A stretch of DNA of 63,781 nt, filler included, from Octopus bimaculoides (taxonomy: Eukaryota): NCBI RefSeq assembly GCF_001194135.2. It is 7 parts of 7 records of this genome, joined end to end, with 100 filler letters (N's around TTAATTAATTAA, not from the genome) between each part and the next. Parts side by side here need not be neighbours in the genome. Positions count along the whole stretch, not along the records: positions 35,165 to 38,073 come from NC_068981.1; positions 38,174 to 60,355 come from NC_068984.1; 5 more parts are not named here. The stretch is one strand, 5' to 3'. The notes under the pieces are model-generated. The model saw nothing but the letters and a program-made list of their open reading frames with translations, had not been told where the DNA came from and did not search any database. Every line of letters begins with the position of its first letter. Positions within the stretch are counted from its first letter, which is position 1. A program made the position numbers and the translations under genes. Positions 35,501-48,460 of the stretch are shown piece after piece.

Positions 35501-35899
35501 ACTATGCAAGATATGCCATTTCTCTGTCGTGGATTATATGACATCTCATAATTTAGGGACTGCAGTTCAGACTGATTTTTGCCTCAAATTGGACACGCAG
35601 TTATATATTAAACAAATGTCGGAGAAGTTAAAATGTTACATGTAATTAGTCATTGTATTAAAAATAGTATTTTTTGAAATAATATATACCAAAACATAGA
35701 GATTGGCAAGCATTTTTACATGCACTAAATATGTTGTGCACACACTTAATATGCTGTACACACGATAAATATGTTGATTGACAATTTTTATCTCAAATTT
35801 TAATGAGGTCGAAAATACATTCGGTAGTGTTGAAGGGAATATAATATGGAATTCTTCAACGAAATACCCAAGTTCTCATTAATATTAATGCTCAGAAAT

Positions 35900-36860
35900 T
35901 CACAATAATTCTCGCTTTTATGTTATAAGCAATGCAGCGTCGGGAAAATCATTTACCGTAAACTTTACAATGAAGTAAGGTTAATTCATCTCATCAATAA
36001 TTCTCTGGCCTCCGATTGGTTGACATATATATTAATTACGCAAACCAGAAGCGCAGCATATGATGGTTAGAATACTTATTAGTAGGCAATTTTGCTAACA
36101 GTATTTGCATTACATCCAAGGATGTAGACGTTTTGGATGAACATATGATAAAATCAAACAAATATTGCAGTAATAAAAGAACTGTTGTTCCACGCTGGAA
36201 GAGACCATGCGAATTAGAACAATAAACCTGGCCGTTTAGCTGTTTTATGGTTCAAAACTGAAAGTGTCAAGGAAACATGTTATCGACTGTAGGAAGACGA
36301 ATACAGCCATTGTTTAAATTGAGACCTGGTTTAGCTTGTGATGCCGTTAACATTCTAAGACCTTTCTAAAACAAAAATAACACCATTTGTGGACCAATTG
36401 AACAACGAATGTCTATGAAAAACAGGAAATTTATACGACCATATACCGAAAAACCATGGTGAATAACTGCAAATATCCTTGGAAAACTCTAAACATTCAT
36501 GAGCATGTATTTCAAAAACATAATATACGTAGAGAACGTGAGTGTGAAAGTTATCTTGACTAATCGATCTACAAATAAGTTATGCCAAGCTGACAGTCAG
36601 CTAAACTCAGTGTATGATTATAAGCAAGGCAACCCTTATATTTGAAATCAGAATGTAATGGAAAAGAAGAATCAAGAGGATCTTCAAAGGAAGATCAATA
36701 AAATGCGAGAGCAATGACCTGCAAACAAGAAGATCGAAAACACAAGATATGTTTTTGAAAAATGCGGTGGAAACATTAAATCTTGCAAACTCAAAAGAAG
36801 CCATACTTACTATGTCTGTTGTGTAAATGAATGTGACTGCGGGAACTACATGTAATATAT
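35900..36860 (+). pseudogene. Highly decayed transposase, possibly piggyBac
   Basis: Frameshifted pieces in piggyBac order: NAASGKSFTVNF, LAVLWF..., NMLST, NTRYVFEKCG (CRD-like); many stops; no termini found. Confidence 0.35.
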
Positions 36861-37616
36861 TTATACTACATTTAGTTATATAATTTACCTCACTTAACAC
36901 TTACATTTACAAGCTGACCAATATTTACACGTCCATATTGCTCTAAACTCTATTTGAAGTCAATAATAGGATTGGATTGAAAAGAATATATATATATTTC
37001 TTCTACAAAACTTAGTTTTCTTGGAAAGAACATTTTACTTGATAGTATTATAGCTAAAAATAAGAAACGACGGTTAATCGAATAAAATTAATAAAATATG
37101 TGAACAGAACCTGCAGGTAAACAAGTGCAGGAAAACTATAATATGCATTGCAATGTTGCGTTTATTTTTCAGTTTCGAAAAGAAAATTATCTTACGGAGT
37201 ATAAAGTAACACAAACGCACTTTATACTAAGAAAATATAAATCTAAGTATATAGTTACCACGTTAGAAGCATATTATTGATTTTCACCCATGAAAATCAC
37301 GGAAATATATTGGTTATTATTAAATATTCAAGTATGCAATATATTATTTCAACATATATTATCAAACCGAAAGAGAAGTAGAATGTGGACAAGGATATCA
37401 GCATATCACATGTATATTTTATTAAACTCGAGAGAACGATTTAGGTTATATTTAATATAAAGTTGCAAGGGAAAATGTAAATAAAAGTAATAATCTTCAA
37501 TGTTGCTGTTCGGTTTATAGACAGTTTTGTTATCCAGAAATAGTTGCAGATTAACGCAGTCTGTTAGAACGACATCTCAGAATCTTTGTCTTGGTAATAC
37601 AATAAATTATCAAATA

Positions 37617-37617
<1 letters not shown>

Positions 37618-37665
<48 letters not shown>

Positions 37666-37722
37666 CATATAAGTCGATAGCCAGGTAGATAAACAGACAG
37701 ACAGACATACAGACTGACTGAC

Positions 37723-37793
<71 letters not shown>

Positions 37794-38073
37794 GAGACGG
37801 ACATATTGATACATACATGCATACATACATACATACATACATACATACATACATACATACATACATACATACATACATACACACATGCATGGATAAATGA
37901 TTAGATGGCTGGCTGGCAGGATGGATGGATGGATGGATGGATGGATAGATGGAGGGATAGAGGGACGGATGGACGGATGGATGGATAGATGGATCAATAG
38001 ATCAAATTCACGGGTATGCAAACACATAAATTCTGAATTTTGAATCAAATATATATATATATATATATATATA
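37618..38073. repeat. Compound microsatellite (CA)(GACA)(GATA)(CATA)(GGAT)(TA)
   Basis: Seen directly. Confidence 0.95.
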
Positions 38074-38188
38074 NNNNNNNNNNNNNNNNNNNNNNNNNNN
38101 NNNNNNNNNNNNNNNNNTTAATTAATTAANNNNNNNNNNNNNNNNNNNNNNNNNNNNNNNNNNNNNNNNNNNNTATATATATATATAT

Positions 38189-38219
<31 letters not shown>

Positions 38220-38246
38220 CACCTGTTTTCGTCTTTTGTTTTCTCT

Positions 38247-38410
38247 ATATATATGGTGCATAATTATTGCAGCTTTTTTTCAACAAATTTTATTCAACAA
38301 GAGCAATAACAACATGTAACAAAAACATCTTTAAATGATTCTTCCGCAGCATATTCACCATCTACTTCAATTACTGCTTCCCATTTGCTTGGCAGACAGT
38401 CAGACCATCT
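38247..38410 (-). mobile_element. mariner 3' end fragment
   Basis: LPSKWEAVIEVDGEY is typical of a mariner C-terminus; TIR-like ggtgcataattattgcagc. Confidence 0.65.
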
Positions 38411-38603
38411 CTCTGTATATATGTATATATACATATTTTTATATATATACATACATGCATACATGCATACACACATACATACATTCATACATACACACAC
38501 ACACATATACATATATATGTTGCATATATCAGTCATCAAGAAAAGTCAGCGGATCATATCCGAAAAAGAAGCACGCACTAAAGAATAGAGCAGTAATGTA
38601 CTT

Positions 38604-38755
38604 AGCAGTTAAATATATGTTCCGTCGTAGAGTGACCAATGGTTTCGCCTCAATGGTGTTTCCGCCATTGAGTCGGACGAGCCGTCTATAAAACCTAACG
38701 TTTTATGGATGCGAAACCATTGGTCACTCTATGACTGGACATATATTTAACTGCT
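38604..38755. repeat. 152-bp hairpin or MITE with 45-bp arms
   Basis: 38604-38648 versus reverse complement of 38711-38755, 42/45 identical. Confidence 0.88.
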
Positions 38756-39007
38756 TTTAATATATATATATATAAATATATCGACGTCAAAACAACTCAA
38801 TAGTCATAAATGCACTATCTTAATGACTGGCAAGGGAGATAAATTCCCAGGCGGACGTAACCAGATCAACGGTGATTTTGAAGTTTGGTGCAAAATATCT
38901 TAATAATCATCAGTGGCTTTTACCGTGCCTGGGGTTAGACTCAACTCACCTTGTCAGCTTAAACTCATACGCTGATGTCAAAAACGGTAAAAGTGAAAAC
39001 TATAAAA

Positions 39008-39259
39008 TGATATGGGTGGCTTATTAGCAATTTAATAACCTAAATGCAAATTTATAGATGTTACTAAAGTGACAAAGCGTACTAAGTGGTACTTGCATTG
39101 CTAGAAATAAGAGTCAAAACAACTCAACGGCCACAAATTTGAGTTGTTTTGATTCTTAATTCTAGAAATACCGGTACCATTTAGTACTGTCTGTCACTTT
39201 AGTGACGCCTATAAACTTGCTTTTAGGTTATTAAATTGCTTATAAGTCACCCATATTAT
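39008..39259. repeat. ~250-bp near-palindrome (fold-back)
   Basis: Arms of about 120 bp around a ~10-nt loop near 39130. Confidence 0.88.
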
Positions 39260-39261
39260 AT

Positions 39262-39318
<57 letters not shown>

Positions 39319-39344
39319 TATATATATATATATATATATATAGG

Positions 39345-39490
39345 GAGAATTCACAAAAGAAAAGCAACAGACGAAGACAGGTGGTGTAGAAAACAAATAG
39401 ATGTATTAGTATAGCGCTCGGGAATTGAAAAAGTCTTTAACGTTTCGAGCCTACGCTCTTCGACAGAAAGAAACAAGGAGAGAAAAATGT
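39345..39490 (-). mobile_element. Penelope-type terminal repeat, family F2, copy 1
   Basis: Reverse complement ttctgtcgaagagcgtaggctcgaaacgttaaagac; tandem partner at 39720-39880. Confidence 0.75.
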
Positions 39491-39719
39491 GTGTAGTGGT
39501 TAGCGATCTATCATGGCGAATGCCGGACAAAGGGTCACACAGGAGATTTAAGAAGAAGGGGAGATAACAAAATCGTAGTGATCCCAAAACGAAGGTGCGT
39601 GTGCGTAAGAGAATGGTGCTGATCTTAACGTATGCATGTGTGTATGTAGGTGTGAAAATGTGGGGATGGGAATTGGTCAGTGCTGGTGTGTGCGTGGTGG
39701 TGTGTTGTAATGTGATGTG

Positions 39720-39880
39720 AGAGAGAATTCACAAAAAAGAAAGCAAAAGACGAAGACAGGTGGGGTAGACAACAAACAGATGTATTAGTATAACGCTCGG
39801 GAATAGAAAAAGTCTTTAACGTTTCGAGCCTACGCTCTTCCACAGAAAGGCACACAGAAAGAAACAAGCAGAGAAAAAAA
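39720..39880 (-). mobile_element. Penelope-type terminal repeat, family F2, copy 2
   Basis: Direct repeat of 39345-39490. Confidence 0.75.
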
Positions 39881-39973
39881 GTATGTATATATATATGTAT
39901 ATATATATACATATATACAACGCGGCGCCTTGGTCAAGTATCTTCTAGGATGACTCCGGGTCCACTAATGCTT

Positions 39974-40009
<36 letters not shown>

Positions 40010-40049
40010 TATGTGTGTGTGTGCATGTGTGCATGTGTGTGTGCATGCG

Positions 40050-40265
40050 TATATTTGTATCTATGTTTCCCACCTCTTCGATTGACAACTGGTGTTGGGT
40101 TAATTGCCTCCACGTGGCATAGCGGTTCGTCAGAAGAAAGCTATAAAATGATTATCAGACTTAAATATAGGTACTTGGAGGGTCAATGTGTTTGGCTAAA
40201 ACCTTTCATGGTGATATCCTAGTATGGCTGTAGTACAATGACTGAAAGAAGTACAAGGTAAAGAT
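40050..40265 (+). mobile_element. SINE family C body and tail, degenerate
   Basis: ttgacaactggtgttggg...atgactgaaagaagtacaagg. Confidence 0.65.
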
Positions 40266-40544
40266 ACACACAAACGCGCGCGCGCGCACGTGCATACAGG
40301 CACACACATTCTAACGTAATCTTAGACTTATGCAATTTTTTAATTTACATAGAGACACACACGCACGGACACGGTTTGTGGTTGGATCCTTTGAACTTTT
40401 CCTTTGGCCTCGATATGTTAATCATATCATGTAAGTTGAACTCGGGAGAAGAAAACTATAGGAAAAACCAATACGCGTGTGCGTTTGTGTTTCTGTGCAC
40501 ATGTGTTGTTTATAGTGAACACCAGAAAGAGTACTAAATAAAAG

Positions 40545-41215
40545 GGATCTATTTTAAAACGGGGGCGCCAGTATTTTCTTAACGAAACACTAACGAAACA
40601 CTTTGAAACTTGGGACACTGGTAGAATCTGTCATATAAAACATCTTTTACTCTTAGTCTTCTTAACAAAAAAAAAAATGAATTCGCAAGTTATTCCATGT
40701 TAAAGTTGTCGTATTCCTGTAATTTCAACCAATCACTGACGTCTATTCAGCTGAATAAGAGTTACTGCTGCGCGGTCATAAAAATGTTATTCCCTGTGAC
40801 ATATTTCATCCGGTTTAATCGTAATTTATACGCATATATTGTTTATATAATAAATTACGCTGTGCGTATCTATGTGTGTAACAATTTTAGAGTTCGGATT
40901 CTAGAGTTAGGGTTAGTTTTAGGGTTAGGGTTAGGGTTAGGGTTACGGTTAACAGTCTAGTTAGGGTTAGAGTTAGGGGATTAATACGATATACACCGTT
41001 ACGGCGCTAACTGTTTTCAACTGAATAGACGTCAGTGATTAATAGAAATTATCGAAATAAGACAATTTTTTACATGAAATAAATTCGAATACAAAAATAT
41101 TTTTCTGTTCTATAACACAAAATAGATAAGTATACGAAGTTTGAAAGTCTTTCCGTACCAAAAACACTACATAAAACATAAATGAAAACTGGCGCCCCCG
41201 TTTTAAAATAGATCC
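40545..41215. mobile_element. GG-terminated MITE (Merlin-like) with internal TTAGGG repeats, copy 1
   Basis: TIR ggatctattttaaaacgggggcgccagt; perfect 8-bp TSD aataaaag; TTAGGG tract about 40907-40978. Confidence 0.9.
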
Positions 41216-41809
41216 AATAAAAGTATAGAGCATAATCATGTTTATTCTTTATTCAGTTTATACTTTTATGTTGTTCTCAGAGTTTCACTATTTCCTAGCT
41301 TTGTTAAACACTGTACGTATGTGCGCATGCGCATGTGTGTGAGTGTTTTGTGTGACGTGTGTGAGTGTTGCGTGTTGTGTGTATGCGTGCGTTTGTTTTG
41401 TTTATATCAGTCATCAAGAAAAGTACTCAATACAATGGAAAAGTATAATTATGCTTACTCTTTATTCCATTTATGCTTTCAGCTGTTCTCGGAGTTTCAC
41501 AATTGGTTTAAACAACAATCGATGATCTGTAATAAAAAATTTTTAAAAAACTAAACTTTTCAATTCTAACATAGCACCGAAATTTCTTAGTTATTATGTT
41601 AGTCACGTGTTGGCGATGTTAATTCACAAGAATAAAATCTTCTCATCTAATAAACAAAAATACAAAACAACTTATTCTTCTGAAGGACAAAGAATCAAAC
41701 TTCCTTTAATATGATAATACGTTAGCTGTAGATTTGTGCATAAACTTTCTCAGCAACATAAATGTCATCGGTAGATTCAACCTGTTTGCAATTCAAGAGG
41801 CACAGATAC

Positions 41810-42240
41810 AAGAATATGCTTGAAGGCTTCATGCTTGTGTTTCTTTACATGAAGAGTTGAAGAAAATGTTCACTCCTCATATTCTGGATATCACTTTGTA
41901 GGACTGGGATCTTAAGTTTTTCGATTGCGTATGAATAATTGTAGTTATTGTGACCATTCTATACTCGTGCTCTGTAAAAAAAAAAAATTCTATTTTGTCC
42001 TAGCATTGTTTTCTCTCCCGACTTTAAAAAACCACTTGTATTTTGAAAGTGATGTATTATTGCTCTTGCTTCTGAATTTAAATGAATGGTTGTGTTGTGT
42101 AAATCTAAATTTAGAAGTATTGTTGGTTGATCCAGTATACGTTTACGGATTCTATGCTGATTTTCTGTAATTTATTTCTTTTACTGAACTGTTAATATCT
42201 ATTCACATTCAGTTTATTATATCTCTTCACCTCGTGACAT
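41810..42240 (-). pseudogene. Penelope GIY-YIG endonuclease remnant
   Basis: Minus strand TYTGSTNNTSKFRFTQHNHSFKFRSKSNNTSLSKYKW...IEKLKI...NMRSE fits the PLE pattern YIG.T...FK.R...H..SF......T.LSKYIW. Confidence 0.7.
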
Positions 42241-42489
42241 GTGCAGCTAATGTTACTGAAACTAGCGTTGCGGAGTACTTGATATCATTAAACAAGTTGC
42301 TGTTGTTTCATATAATCTAGTGGCTGGATATTGAAATAGGAATATTCATTATTATTCCTATGGAGAACTCTGCTAGCCAAATACACGCTAGAGGCTACGG
42401 AGCTAACAGCCAAGATTACTATGATCAAAGCAAATTGATAACTTGTTCCTCGAAAATTATGGACACTAAAAGTTTATTCACTTACTGAA

Positions 42490-42736
42490 TGTATGTATGT
42501 ATGTATGTATGTATGTATGTATGTATGTATGTATGTATGTATGTATGTATGTGTATGTATGTATGTATCATTGTTAATATTTATATATATGTACGCATGC
42601 ATTTATATTAAGGTGCTGTCAAAAAAAAAAAAGAAGTGTGAGGGTGACACAAAGTATTGCACTCAGACCTAAAAAGTATCATGGTGGAGCTTTTCTCTTA
42701 CGAGGAGATATATAAAGAAGAAGCCCATACAGGTTC

Positions 42737-42776
<40 letters not shown>

Positions 42777-42777
42777 A

Positions 42778-42808
<31 letters not shown>

Positions 42809-42880
42809 AATATTATATCATCTTATATTATCTTATATTATCTTATCTTATATTATGTTATATTGTATTGTATTATATTC
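42490..42880. repeat. (ATGT)n, (ATCT)n and (ATCTT/ATTGT)n microsatellites
   Basis: Seen directly. Confidence 0.9.
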
Positions 42881-43163
42881 TTAAAGAGGTACGCAACTCT
42901 GTCGTACGAACGAAAGATATCGCACCACTATGTCTGTGTACATATTTCACTTCAGAAAGTGCGTGTGTGTTTATGTGCGTAATTCCTTACTACAAACAGA
43001 TGGAGAAACGGCGCTTAGCAGAAGATGACAGTTTGATGTATGTCATTTGGTACAATAGTCGTTATTAATCAGTAATTATCTAGCAATAACAAACATTCTT
43101 CCAACTTATGTGTTTTTAGCACTTCCGATACCCGAAACAAAAATCAAGGTGGAGTGGGATATA

Positions 43164-43336
43164 CAGCACCGCCTTAATCCACGGTCACATTGGGCAGTTG
43201 CCTGAGGGCCTCACGGGTCTAGGGGTCCAGTTCTGATCTACATATGTTGTGGCTTGCTGTTAATAAATAAATAAATACTATAGGGCCCAATGCATTGATT
43301 AGCCCGGGGGCTTATTATGCCGCTAAGATGGCTCTG
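43164..43336. mobile_element. hAT-type MITE, degenerate
   Basis: cagcaccgccttaa ... taagatggctctg; TSD gggatata/gggatatg (7/8). Confidence 0.65.
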
Positions 43337-44185
43337 GGGATATGTATAGATTATAAATTAATCTAAGTTATTGCTCATAAATAAAAAAGAATTTGAATTG
43401 ATTGAACTTAGCTCTGATGTCGTGAGAACAAGCAGCATTAAAACGAATTTTACGAACTACATACAAAAACAGTTTCACCGTCGTAAACTAAAAGTGACAT
43501 TTAGTTCATCATTTTAGACGATACAGAGATACCTTCTATACATGTATAGGAGTTAAATGACATTAATCCGGTTATTGCTCAGTTTTAACTTGCTGCAACT
43601 TAATAAATGAGGGTTAAATAGACATGAAATCTAATTTCCAAGGAATGTAAATATGTGGAAAGAAGGGTTGAATGAAATTGTTTTACTTCAGTCTTGGGAA
43701 TATGAAACAGTATGTGTGATGGAAAAGGAAGAGTTACTACATCAGACATTGATGTTTGTTCAAATACAATGAAGCATAGTCTAACGTTTGCTTAGATTCT
43801 AAAATAGCAATGGTTTAATTCCGAATGTGGGACCTCGCTTAAAATGATATTAGAAGTCACCAGTCTCTCACACAATGGGACATGTGGACTCCACTTTCTT
43901 GGAGATGTTTATTTCTATGGGTCAGGGGACATTCACTTTTGTATCGATATTTTCTCTGAATTTCCACACCATATAATTTCTTATTGTGCAGGTAGTAACG
44001 AGTTTTATCTTTTATATCTGTGATCTCGTTCATGATGATTTTAATCAATAATTTTACTTAATTAAAATAAATTAGCTATAATAAAATTAGAAATTTGGTA
44101 TTTCTTTTCTCGCTTTGTCTGTTTCACTTTTAACCATTTTATTGTTATTAGATGTCTTAGGTTTTCACGCAACCTCTGTTAAGTC

Positions 44186-44281
44186 TTCTCACAGACATCG
44201 TTAGACCTTCTCGCAGAGATCGTTAGACCTTCTCACAGACATCGTTAGACCTTCTCACAGACATCGTTAGGCCTTCTCACA
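44186..44281. repeat. 22-bp tandem repeat, about 4.3 copies
   Basis: Unit cttctcacagacatcgttagac. Confidence 0.92.
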
Positions 44282-45419
44282 ATCCTCCACCTTTAAGATG
44301 GTTTAAAAAAATTACAAATACTGGCTGGTGTTACAAGTATATCTACCATATCTAGCGTGATTATTATGTACTCTCGGCAGCAGAAAATAAATTCATTGTT
44401 TTATCATACACCACATTTTTTTTCATCTAAAGTTGTCATTTATTAAGTAGGTGGTAAATTTTGATAAGGCTTAATTGATAGGTTGCATCAACCAACGAAA
44501 GTACTTGTTTCTCTATTCACCTACTGTCACATGATGAAGAGGTTATCACATCGACGATAGCGATGAATTGGTAAACCATAGAATAAACATAAATCGTATT
44601 ATTTGAACATACGTAAAGAAGGAATCAAATTACTCAACATCTGTTTAATATCCTAGCTGATTAACCAAGCAAATAAATATTTTGCTACTTCATAAACTAA
44701 ACTGCCAGTTCTCCTGTGCTATAACTAATAACCTACTTGAAGAAGTAATTTATTATCTATCTACATAGTTACGTACTAGTTACATATCTAGTTGCATAAC
44801 TACATACTTAACTAACCAGCTAATTATCTAACTAGTTATCCAAACAAATAAACTATTCATTTAATATATTTCTCATCAGCTTTACTCCATGAAAATACTT
44901 TCAGGTAGAATCGCTTATGCTACACTGACTATGAACAGAACTCTTATGTGATATACATGTCTTATTAATATATTAAAAAAAACAACTTTTTTTTTCAGGT
45001 TTAGTAAGGCGGGGTTGTGGGTGTGATAGTTTATTAACTATCTGACTGCCGACTCGTAGGTCCCGAGTTCGCGACTAATTGTAGTAATTTTCTTTTTTTT
45101 TTTCTTTTTATTAAAGAAATTTAGCTCCATTCATTAGAGTGTAACGAACCGGAAAACAGACATAAAGTAGGGTAACAGTGAAAAGTTAAAATAAATGGAA
45201 TGTGATATTTATAAATGATAAAGTTGTTGCTCATATGGGTACAGTTAGTGATACAGATGTATGTGTGCGTGTACAGAAAGTATGTTCCCTTACTAGAATT
45301 GAAGCGGATCTGATCAAGTTCCTTGTTTCTGTTAGATCTTTTGTCAGAATGTGTACCTCCTCCGCTACAACTTCACCTGGCCTACGCATTCGCTGATCCC
45401 CACCTACGTTATTTCTCCT

Positions 45420-45795
45420 CTATCATCATCATTATTACTTATTACTTCGTAAAACAGTCTAGGTAAAAATGCACCGGAGTCTTTAGTCATCTGTCAAGTC
45501 ACAGCAATGGCCCTCTGCCAGATAATACTTGCCTTAAGATGTACGCTGTGCCCAATGAGGCTGCTTTTTGCAAGACATCAATCTTGCATGACATTTATCG
45601 TACTCTTCCTTCGTCCACTTATGTCTGATTTTACGCACACAGTGTATGTGATCTGTTGTGACATAACGACCGTCCGAGGCCAGATCACTGCCCCTGATGC
45701 GGGCAGTTTCGGACATGCCGGGCGAGAAACCTTCACCATGATCGGCTATAGCTACATTCTCACCGTTAATTTTCTTTGTTGTGTTGCATCATGAT
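45420..45795 (-). mobile_element. R4/Dong-related non-autonomous element (5' piece fused to 3' end)
   Basis: Minus strand KIRHKWTKEEY (N-terminal-type motif) joined to QKAASLGTAYILRQVLS (C-terminus), then 3' UTR and taa/tga tail. Confidence 0.65.
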
Positions 45796-46081
45796 TTCAT
45801 AAGTCGTTCGTGAGGTTCCTACGAGAGTTATTAATGAGATCCCATCTCTCTCTCCTTCTCTTTATTTGTATATACACGTGCACATGTATGTTGTATATAC
45901 ACGTGCACATGTTCATATATGTGTATGTGCATACACATATATATATATAAATAACGTGCTTGCATTGAGTCGCCTCCATAATCACAGTGATTATCATTAT
46001 TACCATCGTTCTGCCTATAGCATTTAAAAATATCAATAATAATAGGGGGCCCGGTATATCGCAGCAGATCTTCGTCACCTT

Positions 46082-46194
<113 letters not shown>

Positions 46195-46195
<1 letters not shown>

Positions 46196-46720
46196 GAGTG
46201 GGAGAGCAGTGTATGCTATTAAAGTGACACTGGGGTAAAATATACGAAGCCCAGTATTCCCATCATGATTATCCGTCTGATAAGGGTACACCAGGCACAT
46301 GCATCAAAACCATATGTGCACAACATGGTGATCGCATATCAAGATAAACAGTACATGGTCTTGCAGGTGGGGCCCAGTTAGAATTTTCTTCAGGTCGAAT
46401 AGCCCATCCCGCTCAAATGGTCCTTGAATAAGGGTTGTTTAAGGATGTGAACAAAACACCCGTGTTTCCAGAGGTGGATTATTCAAACTCCAAAGAATTC
46501 CTCTCAACACATGACTATGAAGCTCCCCAACTACTTCTGCTCATGATCAGAGATGCACATATCATCAGCCACCAAAGGACATGCTCAGCCGGTTAAGGTC
46601 AAACAACTGACAAGCACATCTGTGGTATTGCGCAGAATATTTGTTGCAGCCCGTCCTTTATACCAAGACAAAACAATGTACATGATAACACTTCCAATCA
46701 GTGAAGATCAAAAGCCATGT
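46195..46720 (-). mobile_element. Unclassified retroposon with (TAA)n tail
   Basis: Non-coding, moderately GC-rich block ending at the (att)n tract; family not identified. Confidence 0.45.
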
Positions 46721-47559
46721 TATTAATGGCTTACTCAAAGGAGCAGTTAGCTCAATGGCTCTTTTCAAAGCCTTCGAGATTTCTGAGATGAAGAGTGGAA
46801 GTTGATCGGCGAATTGACCCAAACCTTTGCAGCAATTACCGAACGGTTTGGTGACAGTGTTAAACCACCACCCAAATACAAGTACAGACCATTCTTGTGT
46901 CTCTACCCGTTTACGTCAACGAAACTTCACTTACAAAACACTTGTTCAGTATTCATCACGCTGAGATCTATCTCGATACTATATGTTTGCGAAGCGAACT
47001 TCTTAATTCCACGGCCATGCTCTTTACTCATAAGAGAACTGTAACCCCAAATTACTGGAGTCATACAATGAAGTTGATGACTCTCCCTTCTTTCAAGAAT
47101 AAAATGTTTCCAAATAGTTTGAATATATATTATAATTATCTGTACTTTTAATGGTATAATAACCTTACCACACACACACACACACATACACACATATATA
47201 TATATATATAATCACGCTCGCGATCACACAGGCTCATATGTACATAATATAGCATTTGTACCCAAACTATCTTCTTCAGGCGATGAGTATATATAAAACA
47301 GATAGGCATTCAATGGTGTTATTCTGTTGCAAATCAGTCACACTGTACAAGTAAATGTCTACACTGTGAATGCAGGCACAAAGTACTAATGGACTAATTT
47401 TCTGCCTGTACTTATTTACATTCCTAATGAAATAGATATAATCTAAATAAAGCATCATTAGATATTTACACTATATACATACATACGTACGTACACACAT
47501 GCACACACAGACACACATAAATATATATATATGTATAAATATATATGCATGTGTTTGCG

Positions 47560-47631
<72 letters not shown>

Positions 47632-47794
47632 AGCATATACATATATATATACTCACATATATAAATATATATATGTGTGTGTGTGTGTGTGTGCATAATC
47701 TAAATAATATCTAATGATAGCCCATCAACAAATTACACTTAAGAAGAATTGCGGTGTGTGAGTGTGTATGTATTATGTATGTAGTAGCTGTAGT

Positions 47795-47876
<82 letters not shown>

Positions 47877-48149
47877 ACAGCAGCAGCAGCAAATTATGCT
47901 GGAAGAAAAAACTGGGTTTGGTGTAACAGTTTGGAGTTTGTTGTAGATACAAAGACAATATTTTTGCTCTCAATTACAGTCTTTTTTTTGTAACTGTTAA
48001 TGGGTAGAATATAATTCCAAGCAATTTGGAAACAAGCAGAAATGATGTTACTGTGAATGTAGCTAATTATTTAAATATTACTAAATAATATTCTAACAAT
48101 ATGACTGCTAACTTTAATTTTAAGGTAGTAGCAAGGCTTTCTTTATTTC

Positions 48150-48460
48150 ATAAAAATTCGCCATACGGCGTTACATAGAGGGGACAAACAAAGACAAACA
48201 AACATGAAGAAGCTACGGGCTGGACACGGACATTAATGAATGAAGATGAATGCACAAGAAAGAATGAAAATGGGAGAGGCACCAGCGCCCGCTGACTGAT
48301 AACCTCTCTAAAACCTTGTTCATTACAAGTCGGTCAAATTTATAAAACAAATTAACACAAATGTTCTTCCTCTTTTTATGAGGCAACAAGCCTCTTATAA
48401 ATGTTCATATACTTCACTGGGGCTTTTAGCCTCCCCATATCTGCAACCTTTTTTCACTAA
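48150..48460 (-). mobile_element. L1/Tx1-like LINE 3' end
   Basis: Reverse complement ...tttgtttgtcccctctatgt...aaataaagaaa; same tail as the SINE at 690. Confidence 0.5.

Noticed and set aside
44186-44281. Regular short repeats as a possible CRISPR array (also 21411 and 60646)
   Set aside because: Head-to-tail units without unique spacers, in eukaryotic DNA
46780-47150. DEEWKLIGELTQTF, resembling a hAT transposase helix
   Set aside because: No other hAT motifs, TIRs or TSD found
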